Shown here: piece after piece, positions 23,888 to 24,735 of the stretch
How the letters are laid out: every line of letters starts with the position of its first letter
Numbering within the stretch: the first letter of the stretch is position 1
Source of the DNA: a virus
Taxonomy: Duplodnaviria > Caudoviricetes
DNA length: 24,735 nucleotides
Reading direction: 5' to 3' (one strand)
Virus record (IMG/VR): IMGVR_UViG_3300020402_000154
Location: 1-24,735 of that record
Position numbers and translations under genes: made by a program
The notes under the pieces: model-generated
What the model was told of the DNA's origin: nothing
Seen by the model: the letters and a program-made list of their open reading frames with translations, nothing else
Database searches by the model: none

Positions 23888-24201
23888 TATCCTGTGTATC
23901 CTATCGTTACGGAAGTTGTATTAGTTAAATCTAAATACACTCCTGTTTTAAATCTTATGCCTGAGCCAGGTACAAAAACATCGCAACCTTCTGTTCCAAA
24001 ACCTGTTTGAAACTCTAAAGAACCCGAAGTATCTGTTCCATCATATAATTTAACCACAGAACTAGCTACTCCAGCAGCTTGAATATAAGTCACTCTGCAT
24101 GGTCCTAAATTTACAGCACCACCTGTTATAGTTTTAAATCTACCGTCTGCTGTTAACGTGGTAAATTTCTGATCGCTTGAAAATGATCCGCCACCTGACA
24201 T
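23887..24201 (-). CDS. Small putative virion protein (104 aa), probable paralog of the 89 aa protein
   Basis: PCRVTYI...VKLYDG...GSGIRFKTGVY; AAGGAG SD upstream. Confidence 0.7.
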   Translation of the reverse strand: MSGGGSFSSDQKFTTLTADGRFKTITGGAVNLGPCRVTYIQAAGVASSVVKLYDGTDTSGSLEFQTGFGTEGCDVFVPGSGIRFKTGVYLDLTNTTSVTIGYTG

Positions 24202-24224
24202 AATTTTATCTCCTTATCTTTTGG

Positions 24225-24271
24225 TCTTGGTGGGTATCAAGATCAAAAAGTCTCGAAGTTTCCCACCAAGA
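24225..24271 (-). promoter_or_regulatory. Intergenic stem-loop (10 bp outer stem, internal loop, 6 bp inner stem)
   Basis: TCTTGGTGGG (24225-24234) and CCCACCAAGA (24262-24271) form a perfect inverted repeat; on the sense strand UCGAGA/UCUUGA form an inner stem with one G-U pair; no U-tract follows on the sense strand. Confidence 0.6.
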
Positions 24272-24281
24272 TAATTAACTA

Positions 24282-24686
24282 TTACGCTATTGTTGCACCA
24301 ACTGTTGAAGTTGCAACCCAACCAACAGTACTGTTCCAAACTAAAGTAGCTGACTCTCCTACTGCATCGAAAGTAATTGTGCTTCCGTTTGCAAAAGTAG
24401 TTGGAGTTAAAGTTCCATCTCCACCGTCAACAATCATGTTAATGATTTTAATTTGACCTGAAGTTGAACCATCCGCTAAAGTTAATGCATCAGCTCCAGT
24501 CGTAGTTATTTCAGTTATTAGGTTAGTTAGATCAACTGCACCTGCTCCTGATAAAGACTGAACACCACCTCTAATACCTTTGTCGTAAGCTGCATTAGAT
24601 GTGATAGCACCAGTTGTTGCGTTTTTTGTTATTTGTTCAAAACCGTTTTCCGATCGGACCGGTCCTGAAAATGTTGTATTTGCCAT
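24282..24686 (-). CDS. Putative minor capsid/decoration-type virion protein (134 aa)
   Basis: MANTTFSGPVRSENGF N-terminus; Thr/Gly/Ala-rich beta domain; strong AGGAGG SD. The function is inferred from context only. Confidence 0.55.
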   Translation of the reverse strand: MANTTFSGPVRSENGFEQITKNATTGAITSNAAYDKGIRGGVQSLSGAGAVDLTNLITEITTTGADALTLADGSTSGQIKIINMIVDGGDGTLTPTTFANGSTITFDAVGESATLVWNSTVGWVATSTVGATIA

Positions 24687-24694
24687 AATTATAT

Positions 24695-24735
24695 CCTCCT
24701 AGTTTCCGAACATAGTCTCTAGGCCGTCGACTATA
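24695..24735 (-). promoter_or_regulatory. 5' leader hairpin with loop complementary to the SD region (possible H-type pseudoknot)
   Basis: Sense RNA UAUAGUC-GACGGCCUAGA-GACUAUG-UUCGGAAA-CUAGGAGG; loop CCUAG can pair with CUAGG, which overlaps AGGAGG; truncated by the window edge. Confidence 0.45.

Larger units (their letters stand above)
1..24735 (-). mobile_element. Tailed bacteriophage genome segment, virion structural/morphogenesis module (podovirus-like, HTVC010P/uvMED pelagiphage-like)
   Basis: Single-strand, densely coupled gene run; adaptor-, nozzle-, fibre- and internal-protein-like products; no cellular housekeeping genes. Phage identity is well supported; the lineage assignment is recalled similarity only. 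Confidence 0.88.

Noticed and set aside
24225-24271. Rho-independent terminator or tRNA call for the intergenic hairpin
   Set aside because: No U-tract follows on the sense strand and it has no cloverleaf; kept only as an unexplained structured element.
24695-24735. Assignment of the leader to SAM-II, SAM-V or preQ1 riboswitch classes
   Set aside because: The topology is similar but I could not match the conserved ligand-binding nucleotides, and the element is truncated by the window edge.
1-24735. CRISPR array, rRNA/tRNA genes, alternative genetic code
   Set aside because: No spaced direct repeats or RNA-gene signatures were seen; standard-code ORFs tile the strand almost completely and TAA, TAG and TGA all serve as stops.

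Overview
All credible genes lie on the minus strand and are tightly packed, mostly by TAATG/ATGA-type stop-start coupling. The window reads as the virion-morphogenesis (late) region of an AT-rich tailed phage. Gene order and protein types resemble marine podoviruses of the HTVC010P/uvMED pelagiphage type, which is recognition from memory rather than a search result. In transcription order (right to left) it holds: small putative head/neck proteins, two adaptor-like proteins, a Thr/Ser/Gly-rich tail protein with two tandem cupredoxin-like domains, a tail-fibre-like protein, a Gly/Pro-rich protein and its small partner, an unbroken 6.6 kb array of 12 divergent Fe(II)/2-oxoglutarate dioxygenase-fold genes, a nozzle/tail-tube-like protein, three small genes, and putative internal/ejection proteins up to 1404 aa. 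The most notable signals are the 12-oxygenase array behind the Gly/Pro-rich gene, the duplicated type-1-copper-like motif in a structural protein, and two candidate cis-regulatory RNA structures near the right end, one a possible pseudoknot covering a Shine-Dalgarno (SD) site. Three short CDSs missing from the ORF track were added by hand translation.
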